Origin: Narcine bancroftii
Lineage: Eukaryota
Length of the DNA: 64,000 nt
Assembly: GCF_036971445.1 (NCBI RefSeq)
Contig: NC_091474.1
Location: 9,486,001-9,550,000 of the forward strand
Direction of reading: 5' to 3'
The number at the start of each line of letters is the position of its first letter. Position 1 is the stretch's first letter. The translations under genes were made by a program, and so were the position numbers. The notes under the pieces were generated by a model. The model had not been told where the DNA came from and ran no database searches. It worked only from the letters and a program-made list of their open reading frames with translations. Positions 48,800 through 61,389 of this stretch are shown here, in pieces.

Positions 48800-51700
48800 A
48801 AAGTCCCTCAGAGTAGCAATGCAGAGTGCTAAAGTGCTAGGGGACAAGGTGGGTCAAAGTGCTGAAGCTACTCCATCAAAGTCTGCTTCCCGCGATGATG
48901 ACCCACTGCTGAGCGTACCAACCAAGCAGCCGCGAAGGAATCGCTTCAGGAAGTGCTACTTCTGTGGGCAGACACTGCATTCGTGCACACTGTGCCCTGC
49001 CCAACGAGCTGTCAGTGGCATGTGTAGAAAGGGAGCATTTTGCGAGACCCTGCTGTGCTCGGGAGTTATCGCCCAGCCTGCACCGAGAGGCTAAAAAAGG
49101 AAAGGCAAAAAAGATAGGCACCAAGGACAAGATGAGACACCATGGCAAGATGGCAGTGATGACTACCTGGAGAACCGACGACTCGTTTGACACTTCTTCC
49201 TCAGAGACTGTAAGCGGAACAACTAGTGACGAGGCGAGCACCTGCGGGACGTCGCAGCTGCATGGTCCCATCCTGGCATCTATCACCCTCAATCAAGACA
49301 AACCCCATGGGCTGAAACATTGCCATGGGAAAGCTGTTGACTGTTTATTTGATTCTGGGAGTGCTGACAGCTATATCCACCCAGTGACAGCAAACTCTTT
49401 GCGGATTAAACTGTACCCTTTAAAGTGCAGAATTTCTATGGCATGTTACGGATTCAAGAAAGAAATTGCAAACTGCTGTAGAGTAATGTTAAATGTACAA
49501 GGAACCATGACCTTGCCTCGCCCAGTGTGTAGTTAACAAGGAACCAAGAATCGAGTACTGCCCGATTTATGCGCTCAGATGTTGTTGGGGTTAGATTTCC
49601 AATGCCAAATGAAGAGCATAGTACTGGCATTTAATGGGCCACTACTTTCAATTGAGACAATTTGTGGGCTATCAACTCTTAAAATTAAACCGCCACACCT
49701 TTTTGCCAATTTAACCCCAGACTGTAAACTTATAGCCACAAAAAATAGACACTATTGTAAAGCGGATAGAGAATATATTAAGAACAATTGAACCAAGCTC
49801 AAACCCTTGGCGTGCCCAAGTTGTCATTGCCAAAAATGGGGAAAAATTGGATGGTTGTAAACTATAGCCAGACTGTGAACAGATTTACTCAGTTAGATGC
49901 ATATTCCCTACCTCGCATCTTTGACATGATGAATCAAATTGCCCAATACAAAATATGCTCCACAATAGATTTAAAGTCAGCCTACCGTTAAGTACCTGTA
50001 TTCAAAAAGGAAAGACAGTTTGAAGCAAATGGTAGGCTGTATCAGTTTAGAAGAGTTCTGTTTGGCATTACCAGTGGAGTATCTGTTTTCCAGAGGGAAA
50101 TGGATAGGTTGATGGACACACATGACTTACAGACCTCCTTTCCCTACTTGGACAATGTCACCATATGTTGTAAAACCCTGGAGGATCATGATTGTGACTT
50201 GAATAAATTCCTTCAGATGGCCAAAGATCTAAACTTAACCTTTAACAAAGACAAGTGTGTGTATCACACGAAGCGCCTGGCTATATTGGGCTATGTTATC
50301 AAAAGGGGTGAAATCAGCCCCAACCCTGAAAGAATGAGTCCTCTCATGGAACTGCCTCCTCCAACCACAAAGAAGTCTCTCAAACGCTGTCTAGGCTTCT
50401 TCTCTTATTATGCACAGTGGGTGCCTAACTACGCAGACAAGGCCCGACCACTTTTTAAAACTTCTGTTTTTCGATGTCAGAGGAACCCCACAAAGCTTTT
50501 GAGAACATCAAATTAGACATTGCCAAAGCTTCAATGTCTCCTATTGACGAGGATTTGCCCTTCCAAGATGCCTCTGATTGTCCTCTCGCTGCCATACTAG
50601 ACTAAGCTGGTAGACCTGTAGTCTTTTCTCTCACAGACATTACAAGGGCAGGAACTGAGGCATTCCTCCAGTGAAAAAAAAGGATAGGCTATAATTCGTT
50701 ACTGGAGACACTATTTAGCAGGGAAAAGATTCACATTGCTGACAGGTCAGAAGTTAGTAGCTTACATGTTCAACACAAAATTAAAAATGATAAAATCACA
50801 CACTGGAGATCAAACTCTCTACATAATTATGATATCCTCTACCACCCAGGGAAGCTGAACAATCCTCCTGACACTCTATCTCACACGACTTGCGCGAGCA
50901 ATACAATCAGATCGCTTGAAAGAACTTCATGATGTTACGAGAATGTATCATTATGTGAAGTCTTTCAACTTGCTGTATTTGCTCGAAGATGTAAGGCAAA
51001 TGACTAAGGAATGTGTAGTCTGGGCAGAGTGCAAACCACAGTTCTATAAGCCTTCCAAGGCCAACCTTATTAAATCCACCAGACCTTTTGAGCGCCTCAA
51101 TGTCGATTTCAAAGAACCACTACCATCTAATAATAAAAATGACTACTTCCTTGACATTATAGACAAATTCTCATGTTTTCCTTTCGCTGTTCCCTGTGCC
51201 GATGTGTCAGCTTCAACAGTCATTTGCTCCCTTGATAAAATCTTCAGCATTTTTTGGTTATCCTGACTTTATTCATAGTGATAGAGGATCTGCCTTTATG
51301 AGCACTGAGTTAAGACAAGCCCTTCTGGCAAAAGGTATTGCTACTAGCCATACCACTATTTATAATCCATGTGGTAATGGGCAAGTGGAGCGGAATAATG
51401 CCACTATTTGGAAAACTATCACTCTTGCACTGAAATCTAAAGGTTACCCCACTAGCCGCTGGCAATATGTATTGCCAGGAGTGCTACACTCAATTTGCTC
51501 CTTACTATGCACAGCTACTAACGAAAGCCCCCACCAACATATTTTTACTTTTTCCAGAAAATCAAAAACTGGGTTGACTTTGCCAGCCTGGCTATCTAAA
51601 TTGGGACAGGTTTTGCTGAGAAAACACGCTAGACACAGTAAATCTGATCCACTCGTGGAAAGAGTGCAGCTACTCCATGCAAATCCAAGCTATGCTTATA

Positions 51701-52531
51701 TTATGCATCCAGATGGAAGAGAAGACACCGTTTCCCTACGTGACCTTGCCTCGCCTGATGTGCAGTTAACTAACTCCTTTTCTCAAACCACTAACGTGTC
51801 CCAACCATCTTCTAGTCACATACAATCTTTCCTCAATGAATCGATCAATCTAACAATCTCTCGCAAGATTCTATGTCAGCCCAGGAAATATCACCACAGC
51901 ATGAACATGTCCTACCTACCCCTGAACCTCAACCTCTAGCCACAGCTGGGAATGAACACCCAAAGTCTCAATTCCACCCCAACAGCCTTCACCTGTTCCA
52001 CTCCGAGGTTCAACCTGCATTTCCAAGGCCCTACAGAGATTATAATACACAAAATTTTCTTAATCCAATAGTGACCCTGACAACTGAATTGTTATTCTTT
52101 TTTCATTTTATGTCCTGATTCTGTGGAATTTTCTTCCAATTAATACTTAATGTTTACTCATGTTATCATTTTTATGGAATTTCTTTCCAATTAGTGCTAA
52201 ATATATTTATGCTTTTGACCAACACACTTTGCTACTGCATGTTTCTAAAATTTAAATGGAGCTTTGCAGCCATTTTATGTTCCAGTCAGTATTTTTGAAC
52301 TTAGCCAAATTCTGGATTGCGGGGGGAGGGGGGGTGGAATGGGGTGAATGTCCTATTACTGAATGTCACTCACATCGATGTACTTGTGTAATGGCTACTG
52401 CTGTAGGAGTGTCTGCCGAGCTGGTATAACAGATGGTGCTCAGTGTCCCACTGGCCAGATGAAGATAGCATTGAGTCTGTTAATAAAAGCCAAGTATTAT
52501 TCCATTGTCTGAACTCTTATTGATGCCATAT
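48800..52531 (+). mobile_element. Gypsy LTR retrotransposon, decayed and lacking the 5' LTR
   Basis: Gag zinc knuckle CYFCG..H....C, protease LFDSGS, RT (DAYSLP, IDLKSAY, YLDN), RNase H and integrase (HSDRGSAF, NGQVER). Purine tract at 52321-52348, then a probable 3' LTR (~52349-52531) with AATAAA. Confidence 0.88.
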
Positions 52532-52999
52532 ATTGTGAAGATATCCCCTTATTCACAATTTAACCACTCATGGCAACATTTTCACATCTGTCTTATTATG
52601 CATTGGTATATGTTTCAATAAGATCACAAATGGTATACTGACTGGAGTTTGAAAGAATGAGAAATTATCCAATTAAAGCAGATGCTCTAAAATTCTGAGA
52701 TGGGTGGGAGGGTGGGGTGGGGGTGGTGGCTAACAGGATAAATGATGTGACAATTTTTATCTTTCATGGGAAAACCTAGAGCTTGGAATCATAATGATGA
52801 GGGAGGAAGCTCTTTCAGGGATTCACGAATCCCTGGAATTGTCTACTTCAGAGAAACGTGAAGGCTGGATAACTCAAGATGTTCAAGACAGATGCAGTGG
52901 AAGTATTATGGGAATTCGACAGGAAATCACATTCGAGACTAAGTCCAGATCCACCTTTGATCTTAGTAAGTGGCAGAGAAGGCCCCATAAGCTCTAGGG

Positions 53000-53620
53000 C
53001 AGGGGTGTCCAACTCCAATTCACCGAGGGCCAAAATTAAAAACTTCGACTAAGTCGTGGGCCAAATTTATTGAAAATTTTCAACAACATCTGCATGTTTT
53101 CTTTTCTTTCAACATATGTAATGTTAAACTTTTTCTTATTAAAATAAATGTTTGACAATAGTTTTGGTTAAACTCTTTCCAGAAGAAGCATTAACAAATG
53201 AGAAATAAAATATTCAATAAATAATATTTCTCTATAGCCCTTAAGCTCCTTTTAAATGTATTTTTTTTCAAAAGCCTACAAGTCAAAAAAAAAACAACTT
53301 GCTTCAATGACAAACAGGTTTGTCTTTTAAAATGATGAACATATCATTTTTCGTAAGGGGTTTATTACGTGTGAGTTAGGCGACAGGTCGCAGGTGCTAA
53401 TGAAAGTAAACAGAGGAGGTGGGGGAGATTAGCGGGCTGAGGGGCCAGCGCCAACGCATTTGCAAAGCATTCTGGGATTTGTAGTATTAGCTGTGCATGC
53501 GCTATACTGGCGCGGCGGCCAGCGGGCCAGCTCTAATAAATTTTTGATATGATCTTGCGGGCCAAATATAATTACATCACGGGCCAAATTTGGCCCGCGG
53601 GCCTGAGTTTGACATGTGTG
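53000..53620. mobile_element. Non-autonomous hAT (Charlie/Buster-type) element
   Basis: Same termini as 4174-5397. Perfect 8-bp TSD CTCTAGGG (52992-52999 and 53621-53628). Confidence 0.93.
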
Positions 53621-54047
53621 CTCTAGGGGTTGCACCTGCTCTTGTTTTGAAACTTATGAAATTCTAGCATAGCAAATATTCAATCCAAGTAAGGCAAGCA
53701 ACAGATTATAGGCAACTGAAGTCCATTCAAGATTTTTTTGACAGGCTGTATATTACTATTTAGAAACAGGGTTGTAAATTTAAGGAATGAAATTTGCAAA
53801 GATATAAATGAAGATAATAAATAAATCACAGATGAATTTGGACTAGTTTAGTGTAAAATGAATGTCTATGAATCAGAATCCTCTTTCATTTCTCACACAA
53901 TTATTTCCATGAAAGCAGTAGTTCTCAACCTTTTTCTTTCCACTCACATACCACTTTAAGTATTCCATGTGCCATAGGTGCTCTGTGATTAGTAAGGGAT
54001 TGCTTCAGGTGGTATGTGGGTGGAAATAAAAAGGTTGAAAACCACCG

Positions 54048-54945
54048 GAGAAATATGAAATGCCAAATAATACTCTTTTTGCCTATTATCAAGTTATTAT
54101 TAGATGATTTTGGACACACTTTAAGATTACCAAGACAGTTGAGTATTGAGATTTTACTTATGAAAGGGATTAAAAAAATTTATTTCTAAATGTATAAATT
54201 ATTGCAAAATAAGATGCCGAAGTTGGATATTCATAAATAGAGATTAAAATGGGAATCTGATTTGAGTATTGTAATTAACCATATGTAAGGATGGTATGAT
54301 GAAGATGATTAATATTAGATATAATTTTTTACATCAATTATATTTAACTCCTCAGAAGTTAAAGAGATATAATTTGATTTCTTCAGATTTATGTTTTCGA
54401 TGTTCTAAAGATCTAGGTACGTTTATACATTCAATTTGGTTTTGTGATAAAGTTATGGTTTTTTGGATACGACTTAAGGAACTTCTAGAGAAGTTAAAAA
54501 GCTGAGTTTAGGTTTGAGATTGCGTTTTTAACACTAGCAATGGCTGTAGCATGGAAATGTGTGGCTATTATTTGGAAAGATGAGATTGATTTAGGATTAC
54601 AGAGATGGCATACAGAGTTGAGGTAATGCATTCCATTAAAAAAATAGTGTATAATTTACAAGACAATTATCTTTTTTTTTCTAAAATGTGGAGCCCTTAT
54701 TTGGATTATATGGGGTTAAAATGTTGAATTCCCTGGTGCCTGCTGTAATAGTGAGGCTTCGATCCATGGCAACTTGATGTATAATTTTGTTTATTGATTT
54801 TAATCTCCATAATTTTTCATACTTTGGGGTCTATCGGAAGGAGAAAGCGGTGGGATTTGGGGGGATGGAGGGTGGGAGGAGGGGGGAAGGGGATGAGGGT
54901 ATTTGTATTGTAATTGAAATTTTTAAATAAAGTATTAAAAAAGAA
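54048..54945 (+). mobile_element. L1-clade LINE 3' fragment
   Basis: YNFLHQLYLTPQKL..CFRCSKDLGTFIHSIWFC (L1 CCHC domain), G-rich UTR and A tail. Confidence 0.8.
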
Positions 54946-55158
54946 AGCTACTGTTTTAATCATACTTAATTAACTTGTTATGTGCACGGTTCCATAACTC
55001 AAAAGGAAATGGACCAATGACAATTTTTCTCAAGCAAAATATTTCAGTAACAATTGGTTCTCAGCCTTCCATTCCCACTCACATGGCACCTTAAGCAATC
55101 CCTTACTAATCACAGAGCACTGATGGCATAGGGATTACTTAAAGTGGTATATGAGTGG

Positions 55159-55410
55159 CATCTTGGCACCTCACAGTTTGGCGGGCAGCAACCTCCTTTG
55201 AAGAAGACCGCAGAGCCCACCTCACTGACAAAAGGCAAAGGAGGAAAAACCCAACACCCAACCCCAACCCACCAATTTTCCCCTGCAACCGCTGCAACCG
55301 TGTCTGCCTGTCCTGCATCGGACTTGTCAGCCACAAACGTGCCTGCAGCTGACGTGGACATTTACCCCCTCCATAAATCTTCGTCCGCGAAGCCAAGCCA
55401 AAGAAGAAAG
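55159..55410 (+). mobile_element. 5'-truncated RTE LINE
   Basis: Near-identical to 3919-4168. 10-bp TSD ATATGAGTGG (55149-55158 and 55411-55420). Confidence 0.95.
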
Positions 55411-56459
55411 ATATGAGTGGAAAGAAAAAGGTTGAGAACCACTGCATTTAAGTGAGCAAGAAAGATCATTTAAAAATGTCTCCAAAATATCCTTCCAAAA
55501 TTCCTGAAAAATAATATGGTCTCCATTTAAGCTGAAAATTATGACTTAATATTTAGGCAGTTTATAAACTGGCATAAAGTCTTTACTTTCTCCTCTGTCA
55601 TATACAGTGCTAATCAGATGAATAGTATTTTGGTGGATGAAACGCAGAAATGATGCAAAAGAATAAGGAAATATAGATGTGGTGATTCTTTGATGCAAAA
55701 TTACACTTGAATTTCCTTGGGAGATGAAACATGACACAACTTCATTCTTGTGAATTCTACCCTTGAAAGGATTTTTAAAATAATGCGCATTTCCTTCCAT
55801 ATGATTTGTAAACTATCTCAGACAAAATGAAACAAGCTACTTTTTCTATTTCTCTCTTGGCACACTGAACCAATCTCCTTATGTTACCTCCATCTTTGAC
55901 CTTGAACTTGCATTTTTCTCTCGCTTCTTTCTCTTTTCCCCTCATATTTTTTCCAGACTCAAGCATTATCCTTGAGATTACTCCGCGTTCTCTCAGTCGT
56001 ATTCCTTCAAATCTGCTGATCCATCAAACCTTTTCCGCCTGCATGTTACTTGATACTCAGACACTGGCATCTGCTGCCAACACTCCCTAAAAAAGTTATC
56101 TTGCCTGCCCTATTCTTATCAGACACTGCCCCTCCTTAAACATTCCTTCCCTTCCACAAAGTTCATGAAGTAAAATAACTCCAATTTTATATTTACCTTA
56201 CAAGAAACTTGTTTGAATTTTACAAGTGAGGTTTCTACTCCATCAGATTACTGAAATGGTCCTTAAATAATTGCACCTACTCCAATTGTGGAAATGTAAC
56301 TTCATCTACCTGAATAGCTGACCACAATGTATTCATCGAAAATCTCTCAGTTGTTCAGTTCAGCCTGGTTCCACTCTTATCATTACAGGCAGAAAATCAG
56401 TAGCATTTGTTTATTTTTGCCTGCACAACTATCCTAGGAATTACCTAAGAATCTTACCA

Positions 56460-57167
56460 TCTTATATATATATATATATATTTGTGCATGTATGACAGTT
56501 TGTTTGTATGTTATCCATGCAAATCAACATGGAGCACTCTAGAAATGTCCAAGGAGGTTCAGTAGAGATAATATTTGATGCTGAATATCATGACCACATT
56601 GAATTTAACCTTTAAGGTCATATGAAGTTCAAAAAATAAAATTGAATGCACCAAGGACACTTCAGTTAGTAACAGTGCTTAGCATCAATATACATTTAGA
56701 ATAAAAACTGGCCAAACCCAGTTCAATATGGACCCAAAAAAGCAAAGCAACATTGGCAGAAGCTCTTCACAAGCCTGAAGAATTAGACAAAGAGAAAGCA
56801 AGAGACTGCAGAGGAACATTAGTCTCACCTCACTGTTGATGCTTCCAGACATGGAAGGAGCAGGCAGCATTAAACAGAACAGCAGCGATACTCCTGTCTC
56901 AATGCTCAGGCCTCCAAACAAACGAGGAGCAGGCAGCAGGAAACAGAACAATCGTGATACGTCTGCCTCAGTGCTCAGGCCTCCAGACATGCAAGGAGCA
57001 GGCAGCATGAAACAGAACAGCAGCAATATGCCTGTCTCAGTGCTCAGGCATCCAGACAGGCAAGGGGCAATTTATGCAGAATTACTATTTAGTTCTTTGC
57101 ATCTTTTGTTTCATCCATGTAGTCAACAACTGTTTTATTTCCCAGGCAACACCAGGTATCCTGCTAG
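56460..57167 (+). mobile_element. Non-autonomous Helitron
   Basis: 5' end A|TC followed by (TA)n. 3' end CCAGGCAACACCAGGTATCCTGCTAG|T, a CpG-decayed hairpin plus CTAG. Inserted in an A|T dinucleotide with no TSD. Internal MDPKKQSNIGRSS-like pseudo-ORF. Confidence 0.7.
56843..57069 (+). repeat. Degenerate 69-bp (23-codon) tandem repeat, about 3.3 copies, inside the Helitron
   Basis: PDMEGAGSIKQNSSDTPVSMLR / PNKRGAGSRKQNNRDTSASVLR / PDMQGAGSMKQNSSNMPVSVLR in ORF 56836. Confidence 0.85.
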
Positions 57168-58139
57168 TTCTTTAATATTTCTCATGTCTATCCTTCCCTT
57201 GACAGCATCATCTGAAAATATATTGCTACTTTCCACACATATACAGCCATGTCATCTCCAATTTTGATTCTTACAATGTATTTCATGATTCATATTGTTC
57301 ATTTAACATCCCATCCTGGATGAACATCAATTATAATCCATTGAATATTGCAAACTCCTAAACTATCAGTACTGGTCGCTGAAAAAAAAAGTTTACTTCC
57401 CATCTACACTGTGGTTCTATTTGTTAGCTGATAGAAAATAAACCAGACTACTTGATCAGATCACATCACTGTGTTCTTTAGACAACACTTTGCACCTTGC
57501 TCCAGCCTTACCTCAGCCAATGTGTGACTGAAACTCATCAATTTTTATGACCTTTGACTATTTGTTTGAATATATTCCTAACCATGTCCTCTTATTTTTA
57601 TCTTCTGTAAATTTAAGGTCATGTAAATAACCTTCTGCCCATATCCTAATTTACATTGTTAATGTTTCCCTCTCTGATTTCTCTTTCTTATCAATAACTC
57701 AATTAGAAATTTTTCAAATCTTTTGCTGTTTTCTCTCCTAAGCTCTTTAATCCTCCAAGATATTTCCAATCACCTAATTTTGGACATTTGATGATCCTTG
57801 AATTTTATTCATTTAACATTGGTGCATAAGAACAAAAGAGAACAAGAAAATAGGAGCGGATTGAGGTCATTCAATATGATCATGTTGATTTGCTCCAGGC
57901 AATCAGTGCCAGTTCTGGAGCAAAGAATTCTGGACTTTCACCACCTTTTGTAAAAAGAAATTGTTAAGCCCTTCACTTTAAGTGGACTGCTCCCTTTATC
58001 TTGTAATGATGCTCCCTTTATTTGAGACTCTCCAACTGGTTTACCACTTACCTCCTGACTTCTTGCTGCACCTACCTGCTAACATTCTGTTATTGATAGA
58101 CCTAAATCTCTTCAGTGTCAGTGCAGTGCAATAACTCAG

Positions 58140-58562
58140 AAAAAGGAGGTGTAAGGCTCTCCTTCCATCCATTAGCCTTCAGGTCACCCTTGGGCAAAGT
58201 TCAGTACCTGTTTAGCCTCCCAGTCAGGGTCACGTGAAGCCATGGATTGCAGATGGTGGATGGTTTTTACAAGCAGGCTCTACAAATTGGAACTTATGGT
58301 TGTAAAACTAAAAATGCTGGGCAGATCAATGGCCAAGGTTACCCGTCCAGAATGGACAATGCAACTGAAGAAGGCAATGGGAAACCACACCAGTACTTTT
58401 CCGTTGTATACTCATGAACTCACCATCGACTACGCTCAAAGGAGGAGCCTTCACCAAAAGAGAATGGGGAGGCAACAACCACAACTCAAAGGGTCAGAGA
58501 ACATGAAGGATGGAGAGACATGATCGCCCATGCCGAACGGCAAGGCACCTGAATGATGATGA
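58140..58562 (+). mobile_element. Bipartite RTE-derived non-autonomous retroposon
   Basis: An RTE 5'-UTR motif (gaagaaggcaatgggaaaccacaccagtac, Bov-A-like) is joined to an RTE 3' end (WRDMIAH..RQGT*) with a (TGA)n tail. Confidence 0.65.
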
Positions 58563-60349
58563 GATCTCTCAGGGCTTCACTCATTTGCATTTTTAATCAA
58601 CATTTTGATAGTAGTCTGCTCCTTTATTCAGCTGTAAGAGCCCTTTCCTCACTGTAATCCTCACTTTCCACTTTTAAAATATTTCTTAAACCCCCCGAAT
58701 TGACTATGCCTTTTGTCATCTGCCAATTTTTTTCTTTTTGCCTCAATAACCAATTTTGATTGATAAAGGTTCCGTATGTTATGATGGTCATTGTTCATGC
58801 TGGTGACGTTGGGGAATTCTAAGGGTTGAGATAAAAGAGGAATCTACTGTATATGAACAGAAGTCATGGTGGTGGTGATGAGAAAGGAAAATATTAGAGT
58901 CCCCTGGTTCAGGATCCCATCAATAGACAATATTTGAGCTGCAAGTGTCTTTTAAATATTTCAAATTCCCCTTCACCATCATATTCCACCCAAAAGTATA
59001 CATGTAATTGATAGAAATTGAATATTTGAAGACACAAAGAGAAGGAGAGAGAAAAAAATCGAAATCAAATGAGACAGATAAGCAAAATACTGACTGCTCT
59101 CACAGACCGTGGCCATTGCCAGCCTCTCCCTAATGTTGTTCCAACACTTAACATACTTAAGTACATTTAGCCCAGATTTCTAACTTTGGAGTCTGAGCTC
59201 TGGCTAGCTCATCCTAAACTCTGCTTCATTTTAATTTGAACCTTATTGAAACTTTTGAGAAATCCCATACAATTTGAGTCCCACAACCTGATTCTGCCTG
59301 CTCTCCATTTTACCAAGTAGGATATGAAGCTGAAAAGTGGGAAATGAATCATCCATTAGTTTATCGCTTCATATAATTTTTCATGACTTCATTGCTGTAT
59401 TTTATAGACCTATTTGTGGCATTTGGCATTTTTTGGCATTTTACTCAATGTTCCTGCATCTATGCACAATTCTATTGATTTCTTTTAACTCCCACTTTGA
59501 CTATATATTTTAAATAAACCTCCTATGTTTGTTGTGAGTCCCATTTATATTTGTGAAATTTATTTCAAATGGTTGTTAATTTGATTCTTAATGACCCCAA
59601 ATCTTCTGCAAATCTATGGATTTTTAAATCTTATTTTTTAAATTTGCCTGATTAAGTTCTTATTAACTCTAATTTCTACTGAAATCTTATCTGATTATAT
59701 ATTTTCTCAACTCACCAACAACACTTTTTTTCTTCTTTGCAACTTGCTATCTGAAATGTTTCCACACATATATATGTTTCCATTTTAACCATAAATGCAC
59801 TAATGCAAATTCTTGCCAATTCACAATTCTGGAATCTCCATACCATTTCCATTCCCACACTTATCTACACTCTATCTGTTTGGAGGGAGAATGCAGATCA
59901 GAAAAAAACCATCAACTTGAATTAAATATTTTATATTTTCTGTAAAAAAATTGATTAATCTCAATCAATTTTGCATCGAGGATTACCAAATTTCCAATCT
60001 GAAAAGGCAGGCCAAAATTTATGGATCCAACCAAATGCTTTTAGGTGCAGTCTTAACATTATGTAGGTGAAGACTTGTTCCAGATTTGGGAATTTGGAAA
60101 AAAGATGATTGATTGGTTTTTATTCATTGACAATTATATTGCATTATCATTTGTGAGAGAAGTGTTACTCTGGACATCAGTAGAACTCCATGTTGTCAGA
60201 TTGTATCATGAGTTCTTAATTTACCTGACCAACAATATCTCAAATAGTTCATCACTTGCTCAACATTGTAATTTCAGATCATATTTAAAACCTGAACTAA
60301 CATTTGAAGGATGGCATGTTGTCTTGTACCTCCATAAACTGGATTCAGA

Positions 60350-60625
60350 TACTGATCTTGGGTGGAGACTATGCAACATTTACATGTTTTTCCTGTGACT
60401 ACATACTCTGGCTTCCTCATATAGTCCTAATATGTGTGGGTAGGTTAAATGGTTTCACTAAATTACCCCTTAGTTTAGGTCAGTGACAAAAATAATCAAA
60501 AGGATATTGATGGGCATGTGAGAGTAAGCAAATTGGAAGGATGAAGAATGGGACTGATGGGATTGTTTTGTTGGGAATCAAGATGGACCTGAGAGGCTAA
60601 AGGGCCTCTTTGTATGCAGTAGTAA
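60350..60625 (+). mobile_element. Old SINE (HE1/V-SINE-like) remnant
   Basis: actctggcttcctcat...taggttaaatggtt..taaattaccccttagt core with a CR1-like tail. Confidence 0.45.
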
Positions 60626-61389
60626 GTAAACGAACCAATACATTTCTGTTTTTGTTGTAAGATCACTACCACTGGGATTAAAGTTACATTTGAATAGGAA
60701 ATGTAATCGAGTTAGAATCATCTCAGCGACTGATGAAATTATTTCATAACTTTCAAAGACTGAGAAGGAACGGGGCACCTTCATATTTATTTATACAATC
60801 AATGCCTTTATTGGGTTTTAAGATGTTTTTAATTGGTTTTATGTTTGGCTAGAAAAGATGAATATGCATTTAAAGAAAGCATTTATTTGAGGGTTGTCCA
60901 GTTTAACTTCAAATGACCTTTCATGTTAATTACAAATCAAATAGGAATTACTTAACCAAAAAACCAAGCGCCTTGTCCTTAACCAATTTGTCCATTGATG
61001 AAAATTTCTTCTAAACTCAAATTATAAAATAGCACATTCCTGTCATTCCTATCTTCCCAAGTATTACATTTTTATTGCAGAATTCCTGATCCATCACAAC
61101 TACTGCTCATCGAAAGACTTAAGTATTTTATGCAAGTATCCATCTTAATGTGTTACATCTTGTAAAATAATGAAACATTTGTGTGTTATGATTCTCTGGT
61201 CTCTCAACTTTCAGTTGTGTAAAAAAGGGTAAGATGGCATCTGTCTAGAATGGTTCTCACAAACTACAAAGTAGTAAGTGTATCTCCATATATAACAAAG
61301 AAGGGAGAGAAACAACTGGGAACTTTTGACAATTAGACTGATTTCTTAAGTAGGGAAATAAAGAAGTGGCAAAAAAGGAAAATAATAGC

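Larger units (their letters stand above)
53916..55444. mobile_element. Composite hAT element (two MITE-like arms plus spacer) containing nested L1 and RTE insertions
   Basis: Termini cagtagttctcaacct and aggttgagaaccactg. The flanks catgaaag and catttaag match at 6 of 8 positions (degenerate TSD). Confidence 0.7.
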
